Part shown: positions 1 to 14,169 of the stretch, one piece after another
Layout: every line of letters starts with the position of its first letter
Numbering within the stretch: the stretch's first letter is position 1
Assembly: GCF_002113885.1 (NCBI RefSeq)
Contig: NW_018408441.1
Span: 301,608-365,607, forward strand
Length of the DNA stretch: 64,000 bases
Direction of reading: 5' to 3'
Origin: Mizuhopecten yessoensis
Taxonomy: Eukaryota
Notes under the pieces: generated by a model
The model's input: the letters and a program-made list of their open reading frames with translations, nothing else
Database searches by the model: none
What the model was told of the DNA's origin: nothing
Position numbers and translations under genes: made by a program

Positions 1-125
1 ACAGGAAAGGTTAGCGTCTTCGTATCATAGACGACACCCGCCATATAAATATAGGCCAAATCAAATTAATGTCAAGTCCTTAATCGAGAATTCGGGTAGT
101 GACAACAAAACCACAAGGCACACTA
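1..125. mobile_element. Fragment of a dispersed repeat (homologous pieces near 19300-19470 and 42370-42420), family uncertain
   Basis: Motifs 'ggaaaggttagcgtc...gacgacacccgcc' and 'aaaccacaaggcacac' recur in diverged form near 19330-19460 ('gaaagggttaatggc...gacgacatccac', 'aaaccacacggcacac'), and 'ggaaggttaggcgtc' occurs near 42405. Confidence 0.4.
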
Positions 126-244
126 ATAAGCATAACTAACTTTTCTGCAAATTTAAGGTTAAATGATTACAATTGAGAAAATATGTGTCATTATAAAAAA
201 CAGTTTGTTTTTTTGAAATATTGAAAAACGATTTTTTTTCCAAA

Positions 245-350
245 AGGGGTGTGATATGGGTTTTGTGGGCTGATACGGGTTTGGGGGTGTAAAACGGCGG
301 GGGCTGATACGGGTTTTGGGGTGTGATACGGCGAGGGCTGATATGGGTTA
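245..350. repeat. Short G-rich tandem motif (gggg[c/tg]tgatacgg), possibly subterminal repeats of a DNA transposon
   Basis: About six imperfect copies of 'gggctgatacggg/ggtgtgatacgg'. Confidence 0.5.
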
Positions 351-744
351 GAGCAATTGTGTCGTATCGCATATACAAAAAACCCGTATTTATTAGTAAG
401 TCTGTAATAAAGCTAATTACCACTGTGACATGTGGCCAGTTTTATTGCTATTAAGCACTTTGACATGCAGTCAGTATTAATTATCATTAATATGAAGTCA
501 CTATAAATAACCACTTCGACATGTATATAATCAGTCTTGATAATCACCATGACATGTAGTCACTATTAATTAACACTGACACATAAAGTAAATATAAATG
601 ACCACTGAGACCAGTGGTCAATGTCAATTACCGCTTTGGTATGTCGTCAGTCTTAGTTACCATTGTGACAGGTAGTAAGTGTTAATTACTACAATGATTT
701 AAAGTCTTAGTTACAATTGTGACAGGTAGTAAGTGCAAATTACC

Positions 745-1680
745 ACTATGACATGCCGGCAGTGTGAATGACCACTGTGACATGACGTCAGTGTGAATGA
801 TCACTGTGAAATGATGTCAGTATGAATGGTCACTGTGACATGACGTCAGTGTGAATGACCACTGTGGCATGACGTCAGTGTGAATAATCACTGTGACATG
901 ACGTCAGTGTGAATGACCACTGTGACATGACGTCAGTTTGAATGACCACTGTGACATGACGTCAGTGTGAATTACCACTTTGACATGACGTCAGTGTGAA
1001 TGACCACTGTGACATGACGACAGTGTGAATGACCACTGTGACATGACGTCAGTTTGAATGACCACTGTGACATGACGTCAGTGTGAATAACCACTGTGAC
1101 ATGACGTCAGTTTGAATGACCACTGTGACTTGACGTCAGTGTGAATGACCACTGTGACATGACGACAGTGTGAATGACCACTGTGACATGACGTCAGTTT
1201 GAATGACCACTGTGACATGACGTCAGTGTGAATTGCCACTGTGACATGACGTCAGTATGAATGACCACTGTGACATGCAGGCATTGTGAATGACCACTTT
1301 GACATGACGTTAGTGTGAATGACCACTTTGACATGACGTCAGTGTGAATGACCACTGTGACATGACGTAAGTGTGAATGACCACTGTGACAAAACGTCAG
1401 TGTGAATTGCCACTGGGACATGACGTCAGTATGAATGACCACTGTGACATGCCGTCAGTGTGAATGACCACTGTGCCATGACGTCAGTGTGAATGACCCC
1501 TGTGACATGACGTCAGTGTGGATTGCCACTGTGACATGACGTCAGAGTGAATGACCACTGTGACATGACGTCAGAGTGAATGACCACTGTGACATGACGG
1601 CAGTGTGAATGACCACTGTGACATGCCGGCAGTGTGAATGACCACTGTGATTTGACGTCAGTGTGAATGACCACTGTAAT
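745..1680. repeat. 29-bp minisatellite (cagtgtgaatgaccactgtgacatgacgt), ~31 copies, with degenerate units extending left to ~420
   Basis: Period 29 read directly; most units contain the palindrome TGACGTCA. Confidence 0.95.
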
Positions 1681-3369
1681 ATGTTGTAAATGTTAAGTTA
1701 CTCTCTGATATATAAAAATGTCAGTGTTATTACATGTAAACAATACACTTTCGTTTGGTTAGTAAATATATCTCAGTTATGAGGAATGATAACCCATTGA
1801 CAGAATGTACAATTTTAATGATAAAACAATCTATGCTTGATTGTCATCAAATCCACGCAAAATGATAGGTGATACAGGCGATAATTGTGATAGGCAGTAA
1901 CAAATATGTATTTTTATTATTGAAAATGACAAAAACTAAAATCCCCATTAATCAATTTCCCTTTCAAATAGAACAACACGATTGAAAAAAAAAAAAGATC
2001 TATTAAAGCATTTAATTTATTTACCTTTGATTGTTTGCGAAATTTGGATATCAATATCATTGGTTATAATCACTACGTTTCTGCAATGTTTTGTTGGAAA
2101 GAAAACAATACATCAAGTCAAAGTATGTTGTTGAAAGATTCATAAAAGTGGTTCCGAACAATGAAAAGACAATGTGATGAGAGAGAGGATATTATTGAAA
2201 AGGAACACAATGTGTACAGAGAGACTGTTTGTATATTATCCAAAACGGTTCCTCTGTATACCTAGAGAATCATTTAGAATGATCCAACAATGCCCGACCC
2301 GACGAGCGTCGGCTCATTAACTTGTGGCGATTGACATTTGTGATGGGTGATCTACGCGTAGGACAACTATGGAGTGCTGATAGTTCAACCAATTAAGCCC
2401 AACTCTATCAGCACGAGCTACGCGATAAACTTTTCAAGGAAACTTCAAGTTGTCAAATTAAACAAAAAGGTGTCAAAACTGAAATTGGAAATCAATATTT
2501 TTAAAATTCTTTTTTCACTGATAAGAGCATGTAATGAATTTTAATATTTCGAACAATGGCTATCGATGAGATGGCGATCGACCGAGGAAGACGAAGGGAA
2601 CCTGTATTGGACTGAACAATGCCTGCCCTTGCTATTGATCAGGGAGGCGTAATAGAGTCCGTTTCCTATCAAATGTTGTAGTTGTTCCTAGTCAACAAGT
2701 ACATAACTTAAGTGTCCGTCTAATGACAAATCTTTAATCTCGATAACCCGTGCTAACAGGACGGCATCGCAAGATAAGGAATGTCTACACGTCGCTAGGA
2801 ACGTTCACGTCATACGGAAGCCCTCGGCCAGCAAACATTTGTCGTTTGTAAAGCATCCAAGGCCTTTTTTTTCTTTTATAATTTTTCGTATGATGAGCAT
2901 GTATTACAATTTCAAATATATCTAATGCCAAATTAAATGTATATGTACTTATTAAAAAATCAACAAGAACATGCGTCAATTTGTTTTTGAATTATTGAAC
3001 CAATCCGGTAGACTTCTACATACAAAAGCATTCATTATTTTGGAAATTAATAGTTTTCAGCTTGTTTTCTGATCCCTTGCACACCAATTACTTTCGTATA
3101 GCCCATGACTCATTAAAAAACCTGTATTATTTTAAATTAATTGAAGTTGATATCATCATCAAGTATATTTAACAATTAAAACTAGATAAAACATGTTATT
3201 GTTAATAAATTATATGTTATTGGTAGTAATATAAATCAGGATGCGACAAGTGTTAGGGTAACAAACTCATGGCCAAGATAACAGTGTTTACACTGCTAGT
3301 ATTGCAGTAATGTTTTGTACTCCACTACTACCTGTATGATGATATATTTAAGTTCATGCACACACAATC

Positions 3370-3890
3370 CCCGTAAGCCATATGTGCCACTCAGGACTTA
3401 CATAAAATTCCGCTAATTCTGTTTTCTGGCTGCCTCTCCTCGTGATTCTAACCAAGCGTCGCCAGCTTTCCTCTGGGCGACTGGTGGTGATCATTGGGAT
3501 TCGACTGTCATTACGATGGTTCATCCTAAGGACATGACCGATCTAGTGCCGTCTCCTGTAGTGTAGTTTATCTATAACTGAGAATATTTGATACCGTATT
3601 TAGCCAAAATGTCTACTAATGCATAAGGTATGGAATGTATTTAGAATAGGGTTGTCGTCGTATTTAGTTTATTGTCCCTGATTGTGCTCCATTTACGACT
3701 ACAAATAGTTCATAACTCTTGTGAAGCTTGATCTCTGTTCGTCTGCAGTACTGATTAGAACTCGGGTTTCTTCCTCAACTTTAAGTAGTATTGTCTGACT
3801 TTTCCGATCCATCTATTTGTCAGCTTTCATAATTGATAAGTATGTGAAATAGCGGACGATTTCTAACTCTTCATTTTCTCAGCATCAGAT
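3370..3890 (-). mobile_element. Decayed RTE-clade LINE, 3' part of ORF2
   Basis: Minus-strand translation gives ELEIVRYFTYL, 'RRRH*IGHVLR' and 'SRPEESWRR', resembling the RTE C-terminal motifs (F.YLG, RWIGHVLR, GRP..TW); stops and frameshifts present. Confidence 0.6.
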
Positions 3891-6169
3891 TTTACCTCTC
3901 GTTTAGCTTGTTATATATATATAATGTCACATATCTACAAGTGTGTTATATCGATAATAATTGATTTTGAAAACTAACAAGCTTCAGTGCTACAATAAAA
4001 TATGTAAAAAAAAAAATGTATTTCAAAGTTATCCTATTATTTTTCATAGAATTGGTATATATTTTTATGGCAATTTTCTCACATGCATACACTGAGATAA
4101 ATATTAAGAAAGTCACACGCATCAAAAATAATGAGCAAGCATCCTTAATAAGATAGAAGCTACTATATAATCTTAAAAGCTGGAGTGTTTCTGCCGTAAA
4201 TAGTAAGTCAAGTTGTACCGACAGTTTCACAGTATATTAAGTTCTCGTATCCCTTCGCTAGGCATTCCTAGGTCCGTGATTACGTTCCACCCCTCGATAC
4301 CAACATATACAATACTAGGGAAGTGTAGTAGTGGCGACGTTCTGTTACACTTAATCATATTAATACAATTATGAACTTTCATGTTTTGCATATTAATGAT
4401 GAATAGTTTTATTATCACATTAATTATCCGCTTGTCATTTCGTATTCCACGCCTGTGTGGGACGACCCTATCATATTTACGTATACTGAGATTAAGCATA
4501 ACGATTATGACTATAACGACACGAAAATTACGGCAATTATATTCTTATCGCAAACATTTTTTAATGACCTTGTCAGCCTCCATAGTTTTGGTGCGGGTCA
4601 GAAGTATCCATTGACAGGTGAAATGCAGTAGTCATGTCCAGCTAAAAGCCTTATCAGTGTGCACTATCATAGAACAAGTGGGACAGCCGCGTATGACAGC
4701 GGTCTGCCCCTCGCCCTGCTACGACATCAGAAGCGTTTACGGTGTTGTGCGCTGGTTCAATATTCTTTATCCTGAAAACGTTAATGAACACCTAGCGGGC
4801 ATGTTACATCCTCCTATAGTATTCTCCAATGTTTGATTTGTATTTTCATCCATCGGCCGTGTAAAGATCAAATTTGTTTGATAAGGTTTATGCAAACTTA
4901 ATTATCAAGATTTGACACGCGAGCGAGTGCTGTGTTTATTGTCATGGTATGTGCCTTACACAGGATTGCTGGGTTTTTATTGGTGTAATACGTGCGGACG
5001 CTTCTAGACAATTTCAGTGAATCTAATCTCGTAGATGTGCCAGAATTCTCAGTTGAATACCTCGAACAGATTTTTGACCGTTATTTAATTATTCAATTAA
5101 TTATTTATAACTACTGAAGTCAATCGTCAGACACGTAACGGAACAAAAAACCTTTGTCAATAGTATGTTTCGAACAAACGATTCCATTTGTTCCGGTATT
5201 GCATATGATTCGTTTTAAAACAATCGTGAAATGTAAAACATTTCCTTGAAAGGTCGTCCAACAGTTGGTTAGAAAATCCCTCATGTACTTGGTAAATTAA
5301 AGTTTCCTTTTAAGGGTAAAAACTACTGAACACACTTACGTCACGATCCATTTGTCGGATTCGTGAAGTGTCGATACTATCTCGCTCTGGCACGCGCATA
5401 CAATTATGTATACTGTCGTAACACGCACTGCACGCCTCATGCATTAATGCTTTCATTAATAAAATCGTCTGTTGTGTAATACGTATCGTTAAAAATGAAA
5501 TAACTACTATTAAAGTTGGTATTTATTTCCTTGAATATTTTCTTTGTATACTACCCCGAGAATAGTCTCACGAATCATCATTTACTTCAGAAAATACCTA
5601 AACATAAGTACATCGCTAAAGTTCACGGGGAAACTAAAAGAAAGGTCAAGGAAACAATGAGTGACATAAAACCGTTTTTTCGGATACTCTTTTAATGGGT
5701 TCAGTGGGGATTTGTAAAAAAAGAGGGAAAACAGATCGTGAAAACGCTTAGTTGTAAGTACAGTGTTGGAGCTTAACTGGAGGGATAGGGGTTCACTAAT
5801 TAACAATCTCATTTATTGTGACATAATTCAAAAAAATAAAAAAATAAAAATTCCATATGGAAACATGTGATAAAGAAGTTTATAGCTTAATTTTTGAAGA
5901 AAAGTACATTTTATAGAAAAATAATTCAAAATTGTGAGCAGGAGGTCAATAACTACTTAAAGCGTCTGAAAGTATCTTAATCTTTTAAAACTTTCCTTAT
6001 ATGTAACATGGCAGATTTTGCACAATTCCTGCACTTGTTATTGAGTTATATTTTGTCAGATTTAGAGGTTAATTTAGAGTCCATTGTCTTTATATCAGGA
6101 TTGTTCTTGATTATTACGTAGATATGCTCCGTTTTCAAATAGTGTGTAAAATGTGTAAAAGTAAAGCCA

Positions 6170-6255
6170 ATGTTGTATTATACAACATTGTATTAAACAA
6201 CGTTGTATTATACAACATTGTATTATACAACATTGTATTATACAACGTTGTATTT
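6170..6255. repeat. 15-bp near-palindromic tandem repeat (tacaacattgtatta), ~5-6 copies
   Basis: Direct reading; explains the NVVLY/NIVLY repeats in ORF 6124-6318. Confidence 0.85.
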
Positions 6256-6699
6256 ATGAACTCAAACACGTCACCAATACATTCATATAATTTATTATTA
6301 AATTTCAAAATCATATGAAGAATCAGATAGAATCAACTGACAACTATTTTAAATTGTGTAAATTATATTACAAACGACATCTTTAATGTCATCTAAATAA
6401 CAAAAATATGAAACTTATTAAGGAAAGCAGGGGGGACCAGCTCAGCGACCAAAACCAAATGGAAAGATGTTATTTCTTTCGTTTCATTTCACGTATCTTT
6501 AGTTAAAATCAAGTAGAAAAATGTGGTTAATGTTATTCGTTGAATATTTTTTTTATTTTTTTTTGTAATTTGTTTTTTAATTTCATTTTTATGTGCAATA
6601 TACATCTTCATAAAATTAGCAGATATCATAATCATCATTCATTAAGCATCATCCATCATAAACAATAACCTCATTACCAACACATCTCACAGACATGCA

Positions 6700-6742
6700 T
6701 CATCCTCATCATCATTCTCATCATCATCATCATCATCATCAC
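6700..6742. repeat. (CAT)n microsatellite
   Basis: catcatcatcatcatcatc run. Confidence 0.85.
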
Positions 6743-6879
6743 TTAGATTTTTTTAACATAAAAAACAACATTTCATCATATTACATACAATGCATCAACA
6801 TCAGAGAGAGCATTAACAAAACATTAACAAAACAAATAAACAATAAATTGTCTATTGTATACCAGCAGTGATAAATAAG

Positions 6880-7480
6880 GTCAGATTTACATGAATGTAT
6901 ATTGCACTTTATTGGCTTGACAGACAAGAATTGTGTAAACACCTCATTCTGTATATGTACTGCTTGATAATTTCATTATCAACCCTGTTGACAGGAGGAT
7001 GATTAAAAGATAGCAATCCAAACAGATGTTTTGTTTATTGAAAAAGGAATAAGTTATGCTTGTAATAGCATTTCAATACTTTGTAGTAAATTATGTACTT
7101 CACAACATTCCTACAAAATATGAGTGATAGTTTCTCTTTCAGAATTACATAAAATACAAAGAGGGGAGGTAACCAGGCCAATTTAACAAAGGAAAGAATT
7201 TGTTGTCAGGATGTGATGAACCACTCGGAACTGAAACCACTGAAGCTTTGTATTTTTTGAAGCTTGGAAAGGAATTTTGAAATGTTTTGCCCACTCTGTA
7301 TCAATAATATCATCAAAGATTTGGTTCCATTTCATTTTACCAGTTGGTGATGCATTATTCCTAATCAAATCATTATAAAACATTTTCGAACCTCTGGCAT
7401 ACTTGAAAAAAGGTTGTATGTTTACTGGTATAAAGGATCAGAAGCTGAGATAAACCCCTTTATTGAAATATAATACCCCT
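6880..7480 (-). mobile_element. Decayed L1/Tx1-clade LINE, ORF2 C-terminal zinc-binding (zf-RVT-like) region
   Basis: Minus-strand ORF 7183-7383 and its continuation read TKLQWFQFRVVHHILTTNSFL..IG...SPLCILCNSERETITHI..EC, typical of the L1/Tx1 C-terminus; in-frame stops. Confidence 0.8.
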
Positions 7481-10400
7481 GTTTGTGTTTCTGTTGCTGA
7501 ATACGGAATTATGGCACTTAGTCACAGTGTTATTGCTAATAACACAGTATATTTATATGTTTTGTCTGCAAATGATTACAAACATATGTGCATTTTTCAA
7601 TTATAATTGTACTTCGAATTGAATACCGTTAAAATTTCTGCTAATTTTCAGCATGCATATTATTATTTTACGCAAGGTTAAGCAGATGTCGGTATACTTT
7701 TTCTTTCTTGCTGTCATTGTCAAGATAACATGTTTTATTTTCACCCCTCAGAAATCCATTCGGAACGAAAATCAAACTATGAACACTATTATATTAATAA
7801 AAATTACCTGAAATCAAAGGTTTTATATAAACTCTCCAAAATTTACAAAAAATACCTTCAAAGGACATAACTCAATAATAAGTAACCAAGATTTATGAAT
7901 TCTGATTGTAAATATTACAGTCAAATGTAATGATCTGCCAACTTGAATATAAAATCAAATTTATAAATCAGCAATTGCAGGATTAAATAATTGTTTTTGC
8001 CTTATCGACTCATTGTTGTAATCTGTAAAATCTTCAATACATCGCACTGAGCCATGGTTTTAAAACGAATTTCTTTTACAAATACTATATGCTTAGACTT
8101 TACGTGTTAACCGATGAAACTTTTGGATATTTATCTTTTGTTGTGTTTTTCATGTAAGTTATTCCTACCACATTAAGAATGCACAACAAATACTTGAGCA
8201 AGCATTGGCATTAGGCTTTGTCGCATGGAATATAATTAGACACTGTTGCACCAATTAAGAAAGAGACATTCCTGAAAACACGGGGCTAAAAACAGCCGTA
8301 AAGGAATCAACCACTTGCCTCCAAATGGAACATTTAAGTTATACAATTTCCTAAACGTAACGAACATTTCTAAATCTGGGTCTTGGTAAGCTAAACAAAG
8401 AGATTTTGTGAAGCATAGTACTTTCTAATCTGTTAAGTTTATGCTATGCAAGCTATCATTTCGTTAATAATAAAAAAAGAGTCTTATAATCAAACTTCAG
8501 ATTGATTATTTAATGAACTCAAGATGTTGATCAACATTGACAAACTGAAATTGTTTAAATACACCAGTTTTCTGATGCGTTATAAATTCCAGCCTTGGCA
8601 TACATGCCTTGTTCCCCATACGGCACTTGTAATGTTACTGCTCGTCGAAGATATTCAATTCATTACAATATTTAATTGCTCATTTTCAGTTACATTGCAA
8701 CAAGAAGGCAAAACAACAAACATATAAAGAAACGTCAAAATTCTAAAAACATATATACTTACATAGAAGCCAGGCCAATTTTCCACAGTTCCAGTGACTG
8801 TTTTATGCATAAGCAAGAGTCCAGTATAAGTTGAATATTGTCAGTAGATAAAATTTGTATTAAAATATTTGTGTTTAAAGTAGAATCATCTTGAATATAT
8901 TATTAAAGAAGATGTATGTGATGGACGATCGGATGCAGTGAACTTATATTATATATATTTTGAACTCTACAAACTCATCATTAAAAAATATAAATTGAAA
9001 CAATATTTTATTATGTAGTTAATGCGTGGTTTGTGTGTTGATGCTGTGGTATATGTTGTCCTTATCATGCGATCGTTGATATATGTGTATGGTGACCGAT
9101 CAACCTTTCTTAATAGGAATACTTTTACTAACATTGGCGAATATCGAATTTGGCAAACTAAAAGACCCAGAAGCCGATGTTTTTTCTCTCGAATTCATCT
9201 CCTTTTAACAGGTTGGCGTTATTCTGCCTTAGCTTCATATTTAGATATTACATTGCCGATACCATTTCTAAAAATTGTATCAGGACAAAATTATTTTTGT
9301 ATTAGCTCATAACTCAAAGGAAATTACAGCACATGTAACATAAAGTTTAAAATTTATTTCCAACAACAAAATGTATTTTTTTCGAGAAAAAACAAATCCA
9401 ACAAAAAACAAACAAAATTCACTTTATAATCATTTTTGAATTGATGAACGTAGCAAGGGAGATAACCAGCGTTTTTTCTGTTCGAGAATTGTAATATTTT
9501 GCAGTTTAGGTTTTATCGTCTTAAATCTATTTAAACAAAAACGTTCACCTTGTATAACTTCTTTTATAGCTTCGTTAATAAATGAATATGCATACAAAGA
9601 TTTGTTATGTTTTAAGAACACGTAGTGTGGCAGCAGCACTTGGGCCGTGCCATAGACTATTACTTTACTCGTACTAAATAGCTGAAATAAAAACTCTCTG
9701 GGAAAAGGGAAAAAATCATAAGGTGTCAGTTGTCCAGTTCTTATTGATATTTTCAACAATTTATTTTCAAACCGAATTCATTAAAAGCATACATACTAAA
9801 CAAATGTTAACCATTCCGATTCCGATATTCGAACTGAAAAAACCCAAAGGCAAATTATTAACAAAGGAAATATGTACAAGAATGCTCTTGTAATTAAACA
9901 TGGAGCATAGACATCCGCCGTGTAAATCTAGGTCAAATCCAGGTAATGTCATGTTCCAAATAATGAGAGCCAGGATAATGGCATGGAAGAACAAGGTGCA
10001 TGTAATAATTTAATATGATGATCATATCTTACTAGGAAATAGAATATTTCCCCAAAAGATCATGAGGGTGACCATACAAGTTGTCCATAATCATGATAAA
10101 CCTGATTTGTCCCTCATTATTCGATATTTATCACATCAATCGTGTTATTCGGAGAAAGTCCGTGTGGAGTAAATTGGGAAGATACTATCAAGAAAATGAA
10201 ACTTCACAAACGGAAATGTTTAAAATGTTCATCGTTTAAATGAACTGGAAAAAAGAAATACAATAAAATTATGTTTCTACTTTTTTCGTTTGATGCCAGG
10301 GAAGTCAAAGGTATTAAGAAATATCTTATACTACATGAACCGTACATTTTGAAATACTATCTAACTTATTGTTTAAATAAGATGCGCAGCGACACATGTT

Positions 10401-13400
10401 GTAGTGCTTTGTTCGGAACGTTACCTGTAAACGGCACCATACGTTACTCTGATATGGTTGATTGTTCATTGAGAACGGATTCTGTCAATTAGCATACGAA
10501 GGTTGTAATTTTCATTAAGACATTTAATGTAATTATAAACACTTGATAGCGTGCTTAATAATACGAAAATAGGAACATTCGGTTCGCTGTCTTATCAGTA
10601 AGTACTTGCATGTATCCACAACGCACCTCAGCACCTGACACTAAACCGTACAATAAGTCCCTCGGGAACCGTAAACTCAGAAACGCGATAATATCCCGGC
10701 ACTTTATCACCGATAATTGTCATCAAAACAGTTTTACTAATTATATCGATGTTACATATATGTTTTGCATTTTATTTCAATCAAGTCTCACCGCGGGACT
10801 AACTAATGACGTTCCACGCCAATGACTGGCTAAATAAGTGCGAAAGTCAACTCTTTGTTGTTGGAGGCGAGTTTTGTCCTGTATTATTCATGATCATCAA
10901 TTAGAACGAAGCGTGGAATGGTTGACTTTTCATAGGGATAATTTGCGTAATTCTTATATGGAAAGATTTTACACAGGAAAGGCTCTTGTGCGGAAGTAAT
11001 AGCGCACTTATCGTCAGGGGATCTCCCGATTGTTTGAAAATCAGACAGTGGTTGATTTAAATCTCATCATCAGTTAAAGTGAAATGAATTTCGATGTTAT
11101 CACTGTTCAGTTTCCTGGAATGGCATTATTGGACACGACATCATTGTTTCCTGTGTGGAAACATGTTTCCATAACAGAGACCATTGTGTTGTTTTACCTT
11201 GCCTCGCTATTTCCATAGGAATACAACTGAGATTCAGTAAACACTATTGCACAAAGGAAACAATGTTTTTAATTTCCTTTTTATGGCTAAAACAGTGCGG
11301 GCGCCGGCGCGGAGGCCGATACAAGAATATACAAAAGCCGGGGAAGCTAACAAGCCCCCGGCGAGTGCTTGATTAGTGTAGCTCAAGCACGCGCCGGCGT
11401 TGGTTGAATGGCAGACTGCACATCCGTGAAAATGCGCGGGCATATAAATGGAAATGGCTCGGTGTGTAATTATTCCAAGATCAATTAATTCCCGTCATTA
11501 CATCATTTTGACAAGACCGTATCATCTTTTCAGTTGGTGTGTTTGCACAAAGTCACCAGGCCATCAATATCTTATACAGTATAAAGCCAGACCTGTGTAA
11601 AAAATCAAAACGGACATCGGTGTCCGCAGATTTTGACGCGAATCAGCGTGAGCGAGTGTTAGAAACGGATAAAGCCGATAGACGTAGAGTGTTAGACAAA
11701 CAGACCCGGATACGTCTCCACTTAGAATTACAATCCTCTATAGTCCTTCACTATTTCTCCGCGGCGGAGGATGCTGCGAGGTACGTTGATTATGACGTGT
11801 TCTCTGACAGAATTTAATAAAGCGTCTTGTCTCTGTACTACGGGTTGTGCGATTGCCGCCAATCGCATACTGCTCACGGTCATAGCATCCATCTAAACGA
11901 ACACACGTTCATCTGATAGCGTTTTATCTGGCTAAGTGGCCTGGTGAGACCGAGTGAAGTGGTCAATTGGAATAGGGCCACTCGTTAATATCTGCCATGT
12001 CAACTTAATTTGTGGCCAAATACCAGTAACGGGCTCGGCAAATAAGGCAATAATTGGCGTGTTTAGTCTTGTTGATTTCTCGTGTGATTTATCACCGTTC
12101 ACTGTGTTTCCCGTTTATATGACTAAACACTGTATTGTTTCTGTCTAAATCAGTGTGATGGTGTCTGATAATGAGTATCAAAGGGTTGGCGTAATGTTTA
12201 TTCATAAGTGATTTTCAACGTCTTACCCGACACGGAAGTGATACTACTTAGCTTTGTTATTGTTGTTATTGTGCTGGTCAATTTAACCCACGAAAAGATG
12301 CAACTCGACAATAGATTGTACAATAATCCCGTAATATAAATATTTGGTGTAATTGTTAAAACTGGATACCGTGCAGATGTAAGCTGCATTGAAGCATGAT
12401 ATGGATAAGATGTTTCACACTGTAAAATTACACAGGGGAAAATTTGATTTTCTCAAACTACTTGTAAAAAATTCAATTATGTTAATGTTATGATTGGTAG
12501 ATCAAAAGAAAAGTTGTAGCATAAACTGAAGGCTTATTGACCTAAAACAGCGATTGATGTGTACCAATAGTTATGTTATGGTAGAACCTAAGACCTCATA
12601 TTCTTATGCAGTGATCAAATAACTGATTTTACACTAAATTTAATAAAATAAATGGAAATCCATCAACTTAATGAATAAGATGTCAATTCATTCATCTTAC
12701 ATAGTATAATATATGTCAATTTACCATTTTAGTATAACAAATTAAAACCCATCACTTTAGAATACAAACTATTAATCCAGTAATATACCTTATTGTAGTA
12801 CGATAGATGTTAATACATCGTTTATGTTATTGTAAGTATAAATTCATCACCACACATATATTTTTTTTTATATATGTTCATATGTCACGTGTTTTTTTTT
12901 TCAAATGGATTTGGCGACGCGTATGACAAACGGAACATCGAATTAGCTCCTATTCCAATTGATAATTATGAAACCTGCAGATATCGAGCCAATGACATAT
13001 TTTATTGCTTCTAAGTTCAAGCAGGAGGATTGGGCACAAGTTATGACAAATTATAAAAGCCTTCTCATCAATTGGGCTACATCAATGTGATAGCGACAAT
13101 AGACATATATAAACATTTTTATACCATAAAACGAATTTGGAAATCAGAAAAAGGAAAGAAGAAACAGGTTGAAAGTGCAGGGAAATCACAAGAATAATCT
13201 ATAGCATTTCTTATCATATACAACAGTATAATGTATAGTAATGTATAATATGTCTACCTGGCACACACTAGCTACACATTCCGACTACTTCCTCTCTTCA
13301 AATTGGCCATGTAAATGCTCATTCCTAATAACCTTGCTTTGTTGTACATTCAAGCTCCTTCTAGGTATCGTTTCATTGTGCCAGGCAGAAAATAAATAGA

Positions 13401-13489
13401 TATTTGTTTTTAGTTCATATTGGATAGGTTATATAGAAAGACAAGGAATGAAACGATAGACTACTAGTATATGATAAGTTCACCTGTTC

Positions 13490-13930
13490 TTCAAGACAAT
13501 ATTTAAAATATATTGCTTGCACGAATAAATATTTGAACAATTTCAAAAATATTTTTGTATTCTAATGTTAGATCAACATTTCCATGCAAAATCGTATTCT
13601 AGATGTAATGGATGATACCAACGCAAAATAATCAGCATCTTTTGTTACTATAAAGTGGACATTCCATCAAAAAATGGTACGAGTTTTCACAGGGGTAACT
13701 ACAAGCACACGATGGGGAATCAGTTAAATTGACACGATAAAGATAATCATTTAGTGCACTGCAGTTGTGTCTTAATTTAATTAGTAAGTAGAATATTAAG
13801 ATGACGGGGTCGTGGTTGAAATAGAGTGGAGGTTTCTTGTGATCTTTATGTAAAGAGTTTTTAAAAGTATTCAGACTTGGTTGGTTCCTGACAATCGTCT
13901 CGTCTTTTCTCTGTTGACAACTTATCCTTC
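13490..13930 (-). mobile_element. Decayed CR1-like LINE, ORF2 3' end
   Basis: ORF 13632-13988 contains KLRHNCSALNDYLYRVNLTDSPSCAC...ENSYHFLMECPLY, the Cys/His C-terminal motif of invertebrate CR1-group LINEs. Confidence 0.75.
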
Positions 13931-14169
13931 CTCGTTTATTTTCTGGTATGCTAGAAAAACTAACCCAGTTTAACGAACGGTCGTACACAAGTTTCAGACT
14001 GATTGATATCTGACATTCTTATACCCTGAAATGTCTAAGTAAATATTTGAAAAGGAGAATTTCAATGAGAATGAAATTAGATTAATTGAAAGACATATTT
14101 CAATGAGAAATTTTCAAGGGAAAAAATCGACACCGTTCAAAGTCGATACAATAGAAAAAAAACACTAGC

